A stretch of DNA of 35,489 bases, taken from Armatimonadota bacterium (GTDB lineage: Bacteria; Armatimonadota; Fimbriimonadia; Fimbriimonadales; GBS-DC). The notes under the pieces are model-generated. The model was given only the letters and a program-made list of their open reading frames with translations, was not told the DNA's origin and ran no database searches. This document shows positions 15,189-24,519 of the stretch, in pieces (the first letter of the stretch is position 1; each line of letters opens with the position of its first letter). The stretch is from positions 1 through 35,489 of the forward strand of contig JBBIJY010000027.1 in the NCBI GenBank assembly GCA_037445735.1. The letters run 5' to 3'. A program made the position numbers and the translations under genes.

Positions 15189-17174
15189 GTGCAGTGGATG
15201 CGACGCGGCTGGAAATGGCTGACAGGCATCGGGGCTGGCGTGCTGATACTGTGGCTGTTGCCACGCCTTTATACCGAGCTGTTGCCTGTGAACTCGGCGG
15301 CGCTTCTGCGGGAGGCGCGCGCGGCGGCGCTCGCCGCCGAGCATGATAGTCACCGCGTGGCAGCGATAGCGCACCTCGCGCGGGCGCTGGTGCATTCTGG
15401 CGACCTGCAACTGGCACAGCGGTTCATCCAGACCATGCCCCCGGACCTGCAACTGCTGCTGTATCAGGAGATGGCATACGCCCTGCTGGATCAGAACCAG
15501 CTCAGTGAAGCGTTGCAATTCGCCCGTGAACTGGATCAGCTCTGGCTCCGCTCACCACGACGCTCCCAGTACGACACCATCGCGGATACCAGCGCGCTGT
15601 TTCCTGCCTATCTGTTTCAGCGGCTGACTCAGACGCTTATTGCCGAAGGACGGCTGGAGGAGGCGGCGGACGCCCTGCTGATGCTGCCCCACTACACGAA
15701 GGCGCACTCGTCGATAGACGCCTATCGGTATCTGTTCCTGTATCGGGCGGCGCAGGCGGGTCAATATGAGCCAGCCCGGCGCGTGCTGAAAGCGCTGCCA
15801 GTCAAGGAGAGCAGCTATATCCCATGGTTGCAACTTGCCGTGCTTGCTGTGCAGAAGGGTGACTGGCAGGCGGCTGAACGCTGGATTCAGCAGTATGAGC
15901 AGCGCGAGTTGACAGGATACGACGATCCGGTTGCCCTTCAGGGGAAGCCGCTGCCGCCGGAATGGATGGCACGGCTCCGACCAGTTGAGAGGCTGGCGCG
16001 AAGCGGGCGAACCGGCGACGCGCTCCGCCTCGCCGAGCGCACCCTGCGCCACTACCTGCGCACCAGCCATCCCGACACCATCGACTATGACCTGCTGGAG
16101 CGCACGGCGCTGCATCTGACCACTCTGCTGCCCACCGATGCCCTCCCCTCAATGCTCCGGCGCCTGCCGACGGAACGCTACGAATGTGCTGAAACACACC
16201 TGTGGTCGGGCTTCGCGCTGGGGCTGGCGATGATGGGGCGCGGTCGGGAGCTGGAGCGAGTCCTGCCCACCCTCCCGGATGCAGCCACCCGGCAAAAAGT
16301 GAGTCAGCTCCTGTTGCTCACCCTCGCCCGAAAGGGCGATGCAGCTGAAATTGAACGCCAGCTGCAAACGATGCCAGAGACCTACCTGATAAAGCCAGCG
16401 TTGCGGATGGAACTTGCCCTCCGCTACGCGCGCGCAGGACAGAGAGCGAAGGCGCAACCGCACCTGCAGGCAATCCTGACAGAAAGTGAGCGGCACCTGC
16501 GCCTGTGGCTTGAATCGTTGCAACAGCCGCCCATGCGCCTGCCCGCCCATCTGATCCAGCCCCTCACCACGCTCATCACCACCGAGCCAGAAGCATGGTA
16601 CTACTTCCTCCCGCGCGGGTCGTGGGGCTTCGTGCTGGCGCAGCACATCCCGACGCACACATGGCTGGAACAGATAGACACGCAGCTCAGCCTGGCTGTG
16701 TATCATGTGGTGAAACGGCGCGACCTGAAAAACTATCCGACTATTTTATCGCTGGTGCGCCACTGGCAGCAACTGGACGGGAGCAATCCGCGAGTCGATA
16801 TCACCTATACGCTGCAGGAGATTACCGAGCAGGGGCTGCTCCAGCGGTTCTACGACCCCCAGCTAAGCGAGGCGGCACTGGCATATCGCGAGGACACTGA
16901 CTGGAGCGATTGGAACCGTCGCGAGCATCTGATCTATGCGGCGGCGATGGCGGCACAGGCGCAACGGTTTCAGGAAGCCGAGCGGTTCCGCCAGGAAGCG
17001 GGCTGGATGGGCGCAGGCTATCACGCCATTTATGAGGCAGGCTACGCTGTCGGACTGGCGCGACAGGGCAGGTTCCGACAGGCTGCCCGCCAGGCGCGAA
17101 GTATCTCATCCCCAGTATGGCGTGCCTACGCCTTAGCGGGAGTCGCTGCCGAACTGAAACGGCACGGACGCTGA
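15189..17174 (+). CDS. Hypothetical N-terminally membrane-anchored helical-repeat (TPR-like) protein
   Basis: Long ORF with GGAGG 8 nt before GTG 15189, an N-terminal TM segment, and Ala/Leu-rich helical repeats (LARQGRFRQAARQARSI...RAYALAGVA). Confidence 0.7.
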   Translation: MQWMRRGWKWLTGIGAGVLILWLLPRLYTELLPVNSAALLREARAAALAAEHDSHRVAAIAHLARALVHSGDLQLAQRFIQTMPPDLQLLLYQEMAYALLDQNQLSEALQFARELDQLWLRSPRRSQYDTIADTSALFPAYLFQRLTQTLIAEGRLEEAADALLMLPHYTKAHSSIDAYRYLFLYRAAQAGQYEPARRVLKALPVKESSYIPWLQLAVLAVQKGDWQAAERWIQQYEQRELTGYDDPVALQGKPLPPEWMARLRPVERLARSGRTGDALRLAERTLRHYLRTSHPDTIDYDLLERTALHLTTLLPTDALPSMLRRLPTERYECAETHLWSGFALGLAMMGRGRELERVLPTLPDAATRQKVSQLLLLTLARKGDAAEIERQLQTMPETYLIKPALRMELALRYARAGQRAKAQPHLQAILTESERHLRLWLESLQQPPMRLPAHLIQPLTTLITTEPEAWYYFLPRGSWGFVLAQHIPTHTWLEQIDTQLSLAVYHVVKRRDLKNYPTILSLVRHWQQLDGSNPRVDITYTLQEITEQGLLQRFYDPQLSEAALAYREDTDWSDWNRREHLIYAAAMAAQAQRFQEAERFRQEAGWMGAGYHAIYEAGYAVGLARQGRFRQAARQARSISSPVWRAYALAGVAAELKRHGR

Positions 17175-17218
17175 AAGCCAACCCGAAACGGGTAAACTAC
17201 CTCTACGGGAGGTGCACT

Positions 17219-17641
17219 ATGGCAACGAAAGAGGCGCTGATCGAGGGTCTGAATACCGACCTGGCGAACGAGTATCAGGCGATTATCACCTACATTACCT
17301 ATGCGGCGACCGTCACGGGCATCTATCGCGAGGAGATGAAAGAGTTCTTCCTGCGCGAGGTGCCCGATGAGCTGCGCCATGCCCAGTTTCTGGCGAGCAA
17401 AATCGCGGCGTTAGGTGGCACGCCCACCACCACACCCGCGCCCGTGCCACCCGCCAGCAGCCTGCGCCAGATGCTCGAAAATGTGCTGTCTGCCGAAACG
17501 GAAACTATCGAGCGCTACACACAACGCCTCCAGCAAGCCGAAGCGCTGGGCGACTACGGGCTGGCCAACGACCTGCAGCAAATCATCTCCGAAGAGACCC
17601 AGCACAAAGAGTCCATCGAGATGATTCTGCGCGGGCTGTAG
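17219..17641 (+). CDS. Ferritin-like/bacterioferritin family protein
   Basis: LNTDLANEYQAIITY, DELRHA, E.ETIERY and EETQH diiron ExxH motifs; GGAGG SD. Confidence 0.88.
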   Translation: MATKEALIEGLNTDLANEYQAIITYITYAATVTGIYREEMKEFFLREVPDELRHAQFLASKIAALGGTPTTTPAPVPPASSLRQMLENVLSAETETIERYTQRLQQAEALGDYGLANDLQQIISEETQHKESIEMILRGL

Positions 17642-17663
17642 GGGCGCGGTTCCTGCGCTGGGG

Positions 17664-18863
17664 CTATTCATGGCGCAGGGCTTCGACGGGGTCGCGCGTG
17701 GCGGCGCGATAGGCGGGCACGGTGCCGAAAATCAGCCCCACCAGCCCGCACACCGTTAGCGCCAGCCCGATCGTGTCGGGCGTCACCAGCGGCGTCAGCA
17801 CCGTGTAGCGGTCGATGATCGCGCAGGCGAGCCACGCGACGCCGACGCCCATCGCGCCGCCCACCAGCGCAATCAGCGTCGCCTCCAGCAGAAACTGCCC
17901 GAAGATGTCGCGACGGCACGCTCCCACCGCCTTGCGGATGCCAATCTCCCGCACGCGCTCCGTCACGCTCATCAGCATCACATTCATCACGCCGATGCCG
18001 CCCACCACCAGCGCAATCGAAGTGATGCCTGTAAGCGCGACCGAGATGATGCGCAACAGGCTGAAAATCCGTTGCAACAGGTCTTCCTGCGTCAGCACGG
18101 TGAAGTCCTCACTGCCCTCGTGGTTGTGCCGAATCACGGCGCGAATCGCCTCCACGAGCTGGCGCGGGTTCACATCGGGTTCAGTCTGCGCGATAATGCG
18201 GTGAATCTGGCGGCTGCCCATCGCCTGCTGAAGGCTCACAATCGGCGCGTAGATGGCGAACTCGAACCCTGCGCTGCCAAACAGCGAGCGCGTGGTGTCC
18301 TCCGCCGTGACACCAATCACTTCGAACGGCACGCCGTTGAGCCAGACCGCTTTGCCGATGGGGTTCTCGGCGCCAAACAGCTGGCGAGCGGGTTCGGGTC
18401 CAAGGATGCACACCCGTGCCTGACGCTCCGCTTCGCTGAAGAGTCGCCCCTGCGCGAGCCGATGCGGGCGCATCTGGAACCATTCGGGTGTGGTACCCAG
18501 CATCAGCGCGGCGTCCGCCCAGCGGTCGCCCCGATTCGCGCCGCCCGCCACGAACATGATGGGCGCCACGCGCCGCACGCCCGCCACCTGCCGCACCACT
18601 GCCAGATCGCTCTCCCGCAGCGTGCTCAGACCAATAAAGCTCATCGGGTTCAGCGGATTGCTGGGACTGATGCGACCCGGTATCACAATCACCAGATTGA
18701 CGCCGAGCGCCTCCACCTGACGCTTCACATCCCGCTCCACGCCCTTGCCCAGTGAGACGAGCATCACAATCGCTGCCACGCCGACTGCCATGCCCATCCC
18801 GCTCAACAGCGTGCGACGCGGGGTCATCCACAACGCCTCGATCGCTGCTCGGAAACTTTTCAT
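17664..18863 (-). CDS. ABC transporter permease, MacB/FtsX family
   Basis: RTLLSGMGMAVGVAAIV and IALVVGGIGVMNVMLMSVTERVREIGIRKAVGA...FLLEA...DPVEALRHE. Confidence 0.93.
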   Translation of the reverse strand: MKSFRAAIEALWMTPRRTLLSGMGMAVGVAAIVMLVSLGKGVERDVKRQVEALGVNLVIVIPGRISPSNPLNPMSFIGLSTLRESDLAVVRQVAGVRRVAPIMFVAGGANRGDRWADAALMLGTTPEWFQMRPHRLAQGRLFSEAERQARVCILGPEPARQLFGAENPIGKAVWLNGVPFEVIGVTAEDTTRSLFGSAGFEFAIYAPIVSLQQAMGSRQIHRIIAQTEPDVNPRQLVEAIRAVIRHNHEGSEDFTVLTQEDLLQRIFSLLRIISVALTGITSIALVVGGIGVMNVMLMSVTERVREIGIRKAVGACRRDIFGQFLLEATLIALVGGAMGVGVAWLACAIIDRYTVLTPLVTPDTIGLALTVCGLVGLIFGTVPAYRAATRDPVEALRHE

Positions 18864-18935
18864 GCCGTTCGCCCGTATTTTAAGCAGGAAGGTGGACGGG
18901 ACTCCAGAATCGATTGCGATGTGCCATAATATAGG

Positions 18936-19010
18936 ACTGGGAACGAGTTCACCTTCCTTCCTTGGGGGTGGCAGGCTTTGCTCTCCTTTCACTGCCACCC
19001 TCCTTTTTAT
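18936..19010 (+). ncRNA. Candidate small regulatory RNA with CU-rich anti-SD segments
   Basis: TGnCATAAT at 18922-18930 and an 11-bp stem (18964-18974/18992-19002) followed by a T-tract, on the strand opposite both flanking genes. Confidence 0.5.
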
Positions 19011-19012
19011 TT

Positions 19013-19972
19013 TCAGGTTTCCGCGAGCGCCTCGTACACCGCTGCTGCGACCGCCACATCTTCGAGCGCGATTCCGAGCGATTTGAAGAGGGTGATTTCT
19101 TCAGGCGACTGGCGTGCGGGCAGCAGACCGCCGACGATCGCGGCGAGCGGATGCACCCGTTCCCAGCTGAGTCGTCGCGTTTCGATGGGCAGGATCAGCT
19201 CGGCGGCTTCGAGGCGGGCTTGCTGCGGGTCGTCCACCACGATGCGGTCGCATCGCCCGACGGCGTGGGTATCCAGCTCGCGCCGCGCGAGCGAGTTTGC
19301 GCCCGCCGCATTGATGTGCATGCCCGTTCGCAACATCGCGCCCGTCAGGAACGGCTCCCGCGCGGTGGTGATGGTGATGACGATATCCGCCTCGCGCACC
19401 GCCTCCTCAACGCTGCTGACAGGCTGCACAGGAATATTGAGCTGGGACTGCATCTGTTCGCAGAAGGCGTGCAGGCGTTCGGGCGTGCGACTGAAGGCGT
19501 ACACCTGCTGGATGGGACGCACGGCGCAGACGGCTTGCAGCTGGGTTGCCGCCTGATGCCCTGTGCCGATGAGGGCGACACGCGTGGCGTCCTCGCGAGC
19601 AAGATAACGGGTAGCGACGCCGCTGGCTGCGCCTGTGCGAATGCGACCCAGCGTGTCGGCTTCCATCAGCGCGAGCAGCTGACCGCTCGACGCCGACGCC
19701 AGCACCACCTGGAAGCGCGTGCCTGCGGGGAATGAGAAGTAGGCTTTGTAGCCGATATAGCCCTTGCTATGCCACGCCGCGCCCATCAGATGGAGCGTGC
19801 CCTGCGGGGTATGCACACGCTGGCGCGGGCTGTTCGTGGCGCGACCGTACGCCCAGTCGCGGAACGCGGCTTCCACCGCCTGCAACGCCCGCTCCATCGT
19901 CAGCGCCGCCTCCACCTCCGACTCCCGCACCAGCAGCACCGACTCCCCGTGCAACACGATCTGCTCCGCCAT
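19013..19972 (-). CDS. Ornithine cyclodeaminase/mu-crystallin family protein
   Basis: RIRTGAASGVATRYLA, IGTGHQA, HINAAGAN, RELD and TLFKSLGIALEDVA. Confidence 0.92.
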   Translation of the reverse strand: MAEQIVLHGESVLLVRESEVEAALTMERALQAVEAAFRDWAYGRATNSPRQRVHTPQGTLHLMGAAWHSKGYIGYKAYFSFPAGTRFQVVLASASSGQLLALMEADTLGRIRTGAASGVATRYLAREDATRVALIGTGHQAATQLQAVCAVRPIQQVYAFSRTPERLHAFCEQMQSQLNIPVQPVSSVEEAVREADIVITITTAREPFLTGAMLRTGMHINAAGANSLARRELDTHAVGRCDRIVVDDPQQARLEAAELILPIETRRLSWERVHPLAAIVGGLLPARQSPEEITLFKSLGIALEDVAVAAAVYEALAET

Positions 19973-20004
19973 CGTTCCCTTCGAGCATACCTGCTCGAAC
20001 CGCC

Positions 20005-21675
20005 CTATCGTCTCAGAGGCGATTCGAGCGCCTGCTCAAATCGCTGGCGGGCTGCTGCCGATTCGGGCGTGCCCGGCGCCAGCTCCATCACCTGCTGCCA
20101 CTTGCTCAGCGCCTCGATATAGTTGCCCTGACTGTACGCCTTTTCGCCCAGCTCCAGCAGGATTCGGGCAGCGCGACGGCGATAGGTCTGCGCGTCGCTG
20201 CCACGCGAATTCTTCGCGGCGGCAATCCAGTTGTTGACCGCGCCCTCGTAGTTGCCGAGTGCGTACTCCACCTGTGCCAGCCCCACATAGGCGGCGGGCA
20301 GCGGCTTATACTGCAACGCCTGCTGATAGACCTCACCCGCCTCCGAGTAGCGACCCGCCTGCAGCAGCTGGTTGCCGTGCATGGTCAGCGCGCTGGCGAG
20401 GTTGTGGCGGAACTCCTCTCTCCATTTGTCGGACTGCGCCCGCTGAAGCAGATTATAATAGATTTGCGCCGCCTCGAGATAACGCCCCTGCTTGTAGAGG
20501 TTTTCGGCGCGTTTGTATTCCTTTGCCATCTGCTCGTCCTGCTGTTGCAACTCGTACTGCTGATAGGCGCGAATGCCCGAATAGACGCCCAGCACAATCA
20601 CGCCCAGGATTGCGCCGCCAATCAGCATCACGGCGAGGAAAGTGCCCCAGAAGTGGCGGGCGGCGGGCGAAAGGATTGGGCGCGCGGGCGGCGGCGGTGG
20701 AATGTAGGTGGCGGGTGGGGGCGCGGTCGGCACTGGAGAGGGCACTGGCATCGATGTGCCTGTTGACGGATAGCCGCCAGTGGGCATTCCATAGCCGCCG
20801 GTGGCAACCGGCGCGGGCTGAGGTGGTCCCATCGGGGTCGCCAGCACGGGCGGCACCTGCAGGCTCTCCAGCGCCTTCCTGAGCGCCTGCTTCATCTCCT
20901 CCGCGCTCTGGAACCGATTCGCCGGGCTTTTCTGCAGCGCCCGCCGAATCACCCACTCCACCGCGTAGGGCACGCCTGGCGGCGCGGGCGGCTCCGTGTT
21001 CAAGATGTTGTAGGTAATGCTCACCACCGAATCGCCCGTGAACGGCTTCAGCCCCGTCACCATCTCATACAGCACCACGCCCACCGAAAAGATGTCGGAG
21101 CGCTCATCGATGTCCGCCCCCATCACCTGTTCGGGCGACATGTAGCTGGGCGTGCCGAAGATTTGCCCATCCATCGTGATGTTCTGCTCGAATTTCAGGC
21201 GGGCGATGCCGAAATCGGTCAGCACCACGCGCCCATCGGGCAGCAGATGAATGTTTTCAGGCTTGATGTCGCGATGGATCACGCCGCGGGCGTGCGCGTG
21301 GCTCAGCGCGTCCAGCACCTGCTCAACGATTCGGAACGCCTCTTCAATCGGGAGGGCGCCCTCGCGATCCAGTCGCTGGCGCAGGTTCTCGCCCTCCAGA
21401 TACTCCATCACAATAAAGTAGCGTCCGTTCTCCTCTTCGGTCTCGTAGATATGGACGATATTGGGGTGGTTGAGCTGTCCGGCGGCGCGGGCTTCGCGCA
21501 AAAAGCGGCGAATGCGGTCCTGGCGCACGCTCTCGGTCGCGCCCGCGGGCAGCAGCATCTCCTTGATGGCGACCCGGCGGTTGATGCGCGTATCGAGCGC
21601 CTCGTAGACCACATCGTTGCTGCGGGCAATCTCGCGAATAATGCGATAGTGCCCCAGAACCAGCTCGGTGCTCAT
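20005..21675 (-). CDS. Hanks-type Ser/Thr protein kinase with Pro-rich linker, TM helix and C-terminal TPRs
   Basis: VAIKE, RFLREA, HPNIV, HRDIKPEN, DFGIA, GTPSYMSPEQ and SDIFSVG. Confidence 0.93.
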   Translation of the reverse strand: MSTELVLGHYRIIREIARSNDVVYEALDTRINRRVAIKEMLLPAGATESVRQDRIRRFLREARAAGQLNHPNIVHIYETEEENGRYFIVMEYLEGENLRQRLDREGALPIEEAFRIVEQVLDALSHAHARGVIHRDIKPENIHLLPDGRVVLTDFGIARLKFEQNITMDGQIFGTPSYMSPEQVMGADIDERSDIFSVGVVLYEMVTGLKPFTGDSVVSITYNILNTEPPAPPGVPYAVEWVIRRALQKSPANRFQSAEEMKQALRKALESLQVPPVLATPMGPPQPAPVATGGYGMPTGGYPSTGTSMPVPSPVPTAPPPATYIPPPPPARPILSPAARHFWGTFLAVMLIGGAILGVIVLGVYSGIRAYQQYELQQQDEQMAKEYKRAENLYKQGRYLEAAQIYYNLLQRAQSDKWREEFRHNLASALTMHGNQLLQAGRYSEAGEVYQQALQYKPLPAAYVGLAQVEYALGNYEGAVNNWIAAAKNSRGSDAQTYRRRAARILLELGEKAYSQGNYIEALSKWQQVMELAPGTPESAAARQRFEQALESPLRR

Positions 21676-21731
21676 GCCGCTTCAGCACGCCCCCTTGCTC
21701 TCCAGCCAGATGATGGTGGCGGACGGCAGCG

Positions 21732-21947
21732 CTATTCGCGCTCTTCATCGGCGGGCAGCGGCTCCGTCAGCGCCTCCACAATCACGGGACCCTTGCCCGG
21801 ATGCTGTTTATGCGTGCCGTCGCAGAAGGGGAAGTTCCTGGAATGGAAGCAGCGGCACAGCGCGACACGCTCGCCCGGCTCAATCTGCACCGTGGTGCGC
21901 AAATGCCCCATCCGATCCTCATTTTGATAGGTCGCCATCGGTCTCAC
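21732..21947 (-). CDS. CDGSH iron-sulfur domain protein
   Basis: LCRCFHSRNFPFCDGTH motif; start is GTG 21947 or ATG 21938. Confidence 0.9.
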   Translation of the reverse strand: MRPMATYQNEDRMGHLRTTVQIEPGERVALCRCFHSRNFPFCDGTHKQHPGKGPVIVEALTEPLPADEERE

Positions 21948-21971
21948 CGCGTTTATTGTACCTTGAAATGG

Positions 21972-22640
21972 CTATGTGCGCCTGACCAGTTGCCCATCGC
22001 GCAGAGAATAGACCGTATCACAATAGCTGAGCATGAGGGGGTCGTGCGTGACCAGCACAACGGCGCCCTCCCCGCGATGCTGGGTCAGCAGCTCCAGCAC
22101 CTGCAGACCGGTTGGCTGATCGAGCGCGGCGGTCGGCTCGTCGGCGAAGACGACCTCGGGTTCCATCAGCAGGGCGCGCGCCACGCAAACGCGCTGTCGC
22201 TCGCCGCCAGAGAGCGCGGCGGGATAGCGGTGCGCCAGCTCGCTCAAGCCGAGTGCCTCCAGCAATTGATGCGCCCGCGCCGCCCACGCCCGCGCATCGG
22301 GCGCACTCACCAGCAGATTCTCCAGCACCGTCAGATAGCCCAGCAGATAGGGCTGCTGGAACACGAACCCGAAGCGCGTGCGCCGAATCGCGCTGCGCTC
22401 CGCATCGCTCATCGCCGCATAACTGCGACCCTGATAGGCGACCGTGCCCGCCGTCGGCATCTTCAGACCGCTCAGCAAATACAGCAGCGAACTCTTGCCC
22501 GAACCCGACGGACCCTCAATCCCCACGAACTCGCCCCGATGCACCCGCAGCGACACCTCGCGCACCGCATGCACCTCGCGCTTACCATCCCGATAGAACA
22601 GGCTCGCACCCCGCGCTTCAATCAGAACTGGCTTGTCCAC
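21972..22640 (-). CDS. ABC transporter ATP-binding protein (LolD/MacB-type)
   Basis: GPSGSGKS, GFVFQ, LSGGERQRV, ADEPTAALD and VTHD. Confidence 0.93.
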   Translation of the reverse strand: MDKPVLIEARGASLFYRDGKREVHAVREVSLRVHRGEFVGIEGPSGSGKSSLLYLLSGLKMPTAGTVAYQGRSYAAMSDAERSAIRRTRFGFVFQQPYLLGYLTVLENLLVSAPDARAWAARAHQLLEALGLSELAHRYPAALSGGERQRVCVARALLMEPEVVFADEPTAALDQPTGLQVLELLTQHRGEGAVVLVTHDPLMLSYCDTVYSLRDGQLVRRT

Positions 22641-22693
22641 CGAAAGGGTATAATACCCGCGCGTTGGAACGAACGCAGCAAGGAGGACGAACG

Positions 22694-23419
22694 ATGCGAA
22701 ATGGCATTCGTGTGATGACGCTGACAGCGCTCAGCGCTGCGCTGGTGGCTCTAACTGCCGCCCAGGAGGAGTACACGCTCAAACTTCAGGTGAAAGAGGG
22801 CGATGTCTTCAAGTACCGCTTCACGATGGAAATCGCCTTCGGAGACCAGTCCGCCGTGTTCACGATGAACCTGACCAACAAGGTCATCAAGGTGGAGTCG
22901 AACGGCGATATTGTGATCGAAGGCAGCGCCAGCGACGGAATGGTCAAGTTCGGTGAACAGGAGATGCCCATTCCCGCCGCGCCCCCCACCAGAACCACTT
23001 TCAAGCCGAACGGTACACCCGTCAAAGTTGAAGGCGGGCGCAACCCGGAGAGCGAAAAGCGGATGGCGCGTCTGAACAGCCTGCTGTTCCCCGATAAGGC
23101 GGTCAAGATTGGTGACAGGTGGAGCGGCGAGCTGAAGGGCGAAGGCACGCTCCCCGCGCTCAAAGCCGAGTACGAACTGGTCGCTAAAGAGAAGGTGGGC
23201 GATATAGAGGCGCTCAAAATCAAGGTCAACCTTCAGGAGGTGGCAGCGCAGTCGGGCGACTCGTCCCCCATGAACACGCCCACCAGTATGACTGGCTTTA
23301 TCTGGATCGATCCGAAAACGGGCATGCTGGTTCGCATGAACGGCTCGGTCAAGGGCATGCCGGCGGAGGGTGCGCCCATGCCGCTGGATGGCACGATAAC
23401 GATGGAGCGCATCCCCTGA
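22694..23419 (+). CDS. Secreted hypothetical beta-rich protein
   Basis: AAGGAGG SD, signal peptide MRNGIRVMTLTALSAALVALTAA, and FPDKAVKIGDRW and WIDPKTGMLV patterns. Confidence 0.75.
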   Translation: MRNGIRVMTLTALSAALVALTAAQEEYTLKLQVKEGDVFKYRFTMEIAFGDQSAVFTMNLTNKVIKVESNGDIVIEGSASDGMVKFGEQEMPIPAAPPTRTTFKPNGTPVKVEGGRNPESEKRMARLNSLLFPDKAVKIGDRWSGELKGEGTLPALKAEYELVAKEKVGDIEALKIKVNLQEVAAQSGDSSPMNTPTSMTGFIWIDPKTGMLVRMNGSVKGMPAEGAPMPLDGTITMERIP

Positions 23420-23426
23420 TTCGCCC

Positions 23427-23457
23427 TTACCCCCTCCCACAGCGTGGGAGGGGGTAA
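23427..23457. repeat. Perfect 14-bp hairpin between the secreted-protein gene and asd
   Basis: TTACCCCCTCCCAC-AGC-GTGGGAGGGGGTAA. Confidence 0.9.
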
Positions 23458-23463
23458 TCAACG

Positions 23464-24519
23464 ATGGGCTACAGAATCGCTATCGTTGGTGCGACGGGTG
23501 CGGTGGGCATGGAACTGCTGCGGATTCTGGAGGAGCGGCGGTTCCCTGTTGACTCGCTGCGCCTGTTCGCGTCGGAACGCTCGGCAGGACGGCAACTGCC
23601 CTTTCAGGGTGAACCGATCCGTGTGGAGCCGCTATCTGCCAATGCGTTCAAAGGGGTCGATATCGCCTTCTTTTCGGCGGGCGCTGCGTGCAGTCGGTCC
23701 TTCGTACCGCTCGCGGTGCAGGCGGGTGCGCTGGTAATTGATAATTCCTCCGCCTTTCGCATGGAGCCGAACATCCCGCTCGTCATCCCCGAAATCAATG
23801 GCGAGGCGGCGCATCGGAATCAGGGCATTATCGCGAACCCGAACTGCTCCACCATTATCCTGCTGATGGCGCTGGCGCCCCTGCGACAGCTGAGCCGCAT
23901 CCGACGGATTATTGTGTCCACCTATCAGGCGGCGAGCGGGGCAGGCGCCCGCGCCATGCAGGAACTGCTTGATGCAACCCGTGCCTACCTGCAGGGCGAG
24001 CCGTTCGAGCCGCAGGTGCTGCCCCATCCCTATGCTTTCAATCTCTTCTCGCACAACTCGCCCGTCGGCGCCGATGGCTATAACGAGGAGGAGCGCAAGA
24101 TTATTTTTGAGTCGCGCAAGATTCTGGACGAGCCAGAGCTGGCGATCTCGGCGACCTGCATCCGCGTGCCCGTGCTGCGAGCGCACAGCGAGAGCATCCA
24201 TGTGGAGCTGGAGCATCGCCTGCCGCTCGAAGCCGTCTATGAAGCCTATCGCGCCTTCAGGGGCGTGCGTCTGGTGGACGACCGCGAGCGCAACCACTTC
24301 CCGATGCCCATCGAGGCGACAGGTCAGGATGAGGTGCTGGTCGGGCGCCTGCGAGAAGATACCGCGCTTCCCAATGGGCTGGCGCTGTTCGCCTGCGGCG
24401 ACCAGCTGCGCAAAGGGGCGGCATTAAATGCCGTTCAGATTGCAGAGATGATCACGAGTCAGGTTCAGGTGGAACCAGGGGTTCCAATGCAGAAATTAAG
24501 CGTGGCAGATCATTTTTAA
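23464..24519 (+). CDS. asd: Aspartate-semialdehyde dehydrogenase
   Basis: IVGATGAVG, IDNSSAFRM, IIANPNCST, TYQAASGAG, RVPVLRAHSE and DQLRKGAALNAVQIAE. Confidence 0.97.
   Translation: MGYRIAIVGATGAVGMELLRILEERRFPVDSLRLFASERSAGRQLPFQGEPIRVEPLSANAFKGVDIAFFSAGAACSRSFVPLAVQAGALVIDNSSAFRMEPNIPLVIPEINGEAAHRNQGIIANPNCSTIILLMALAPLRQLSRIRRIIVSTYQAASGAGARAMQELLDATRAYLQGEPFEPQVLPHPYAFNLFSHNSPVGADGYNEEERKIIFESRKILDEPELAISATCIRVPVLRAHSESIHVELEHRLPLEAVYEAYRAFRGVRLVDDRERNHFPMPIEATGQDEVLVGRLREDTALPNGLALFACGDQLRKGAALNAVQIAEMITSQVQVEPGVPMQKLSVADHF

Noticed and set aside
22112-22693. N-terminal extension of the 435-aa ORF
   Set aside because: It is antisense to the ABC ATPase; the SD and signal peptide support ATG 22694.
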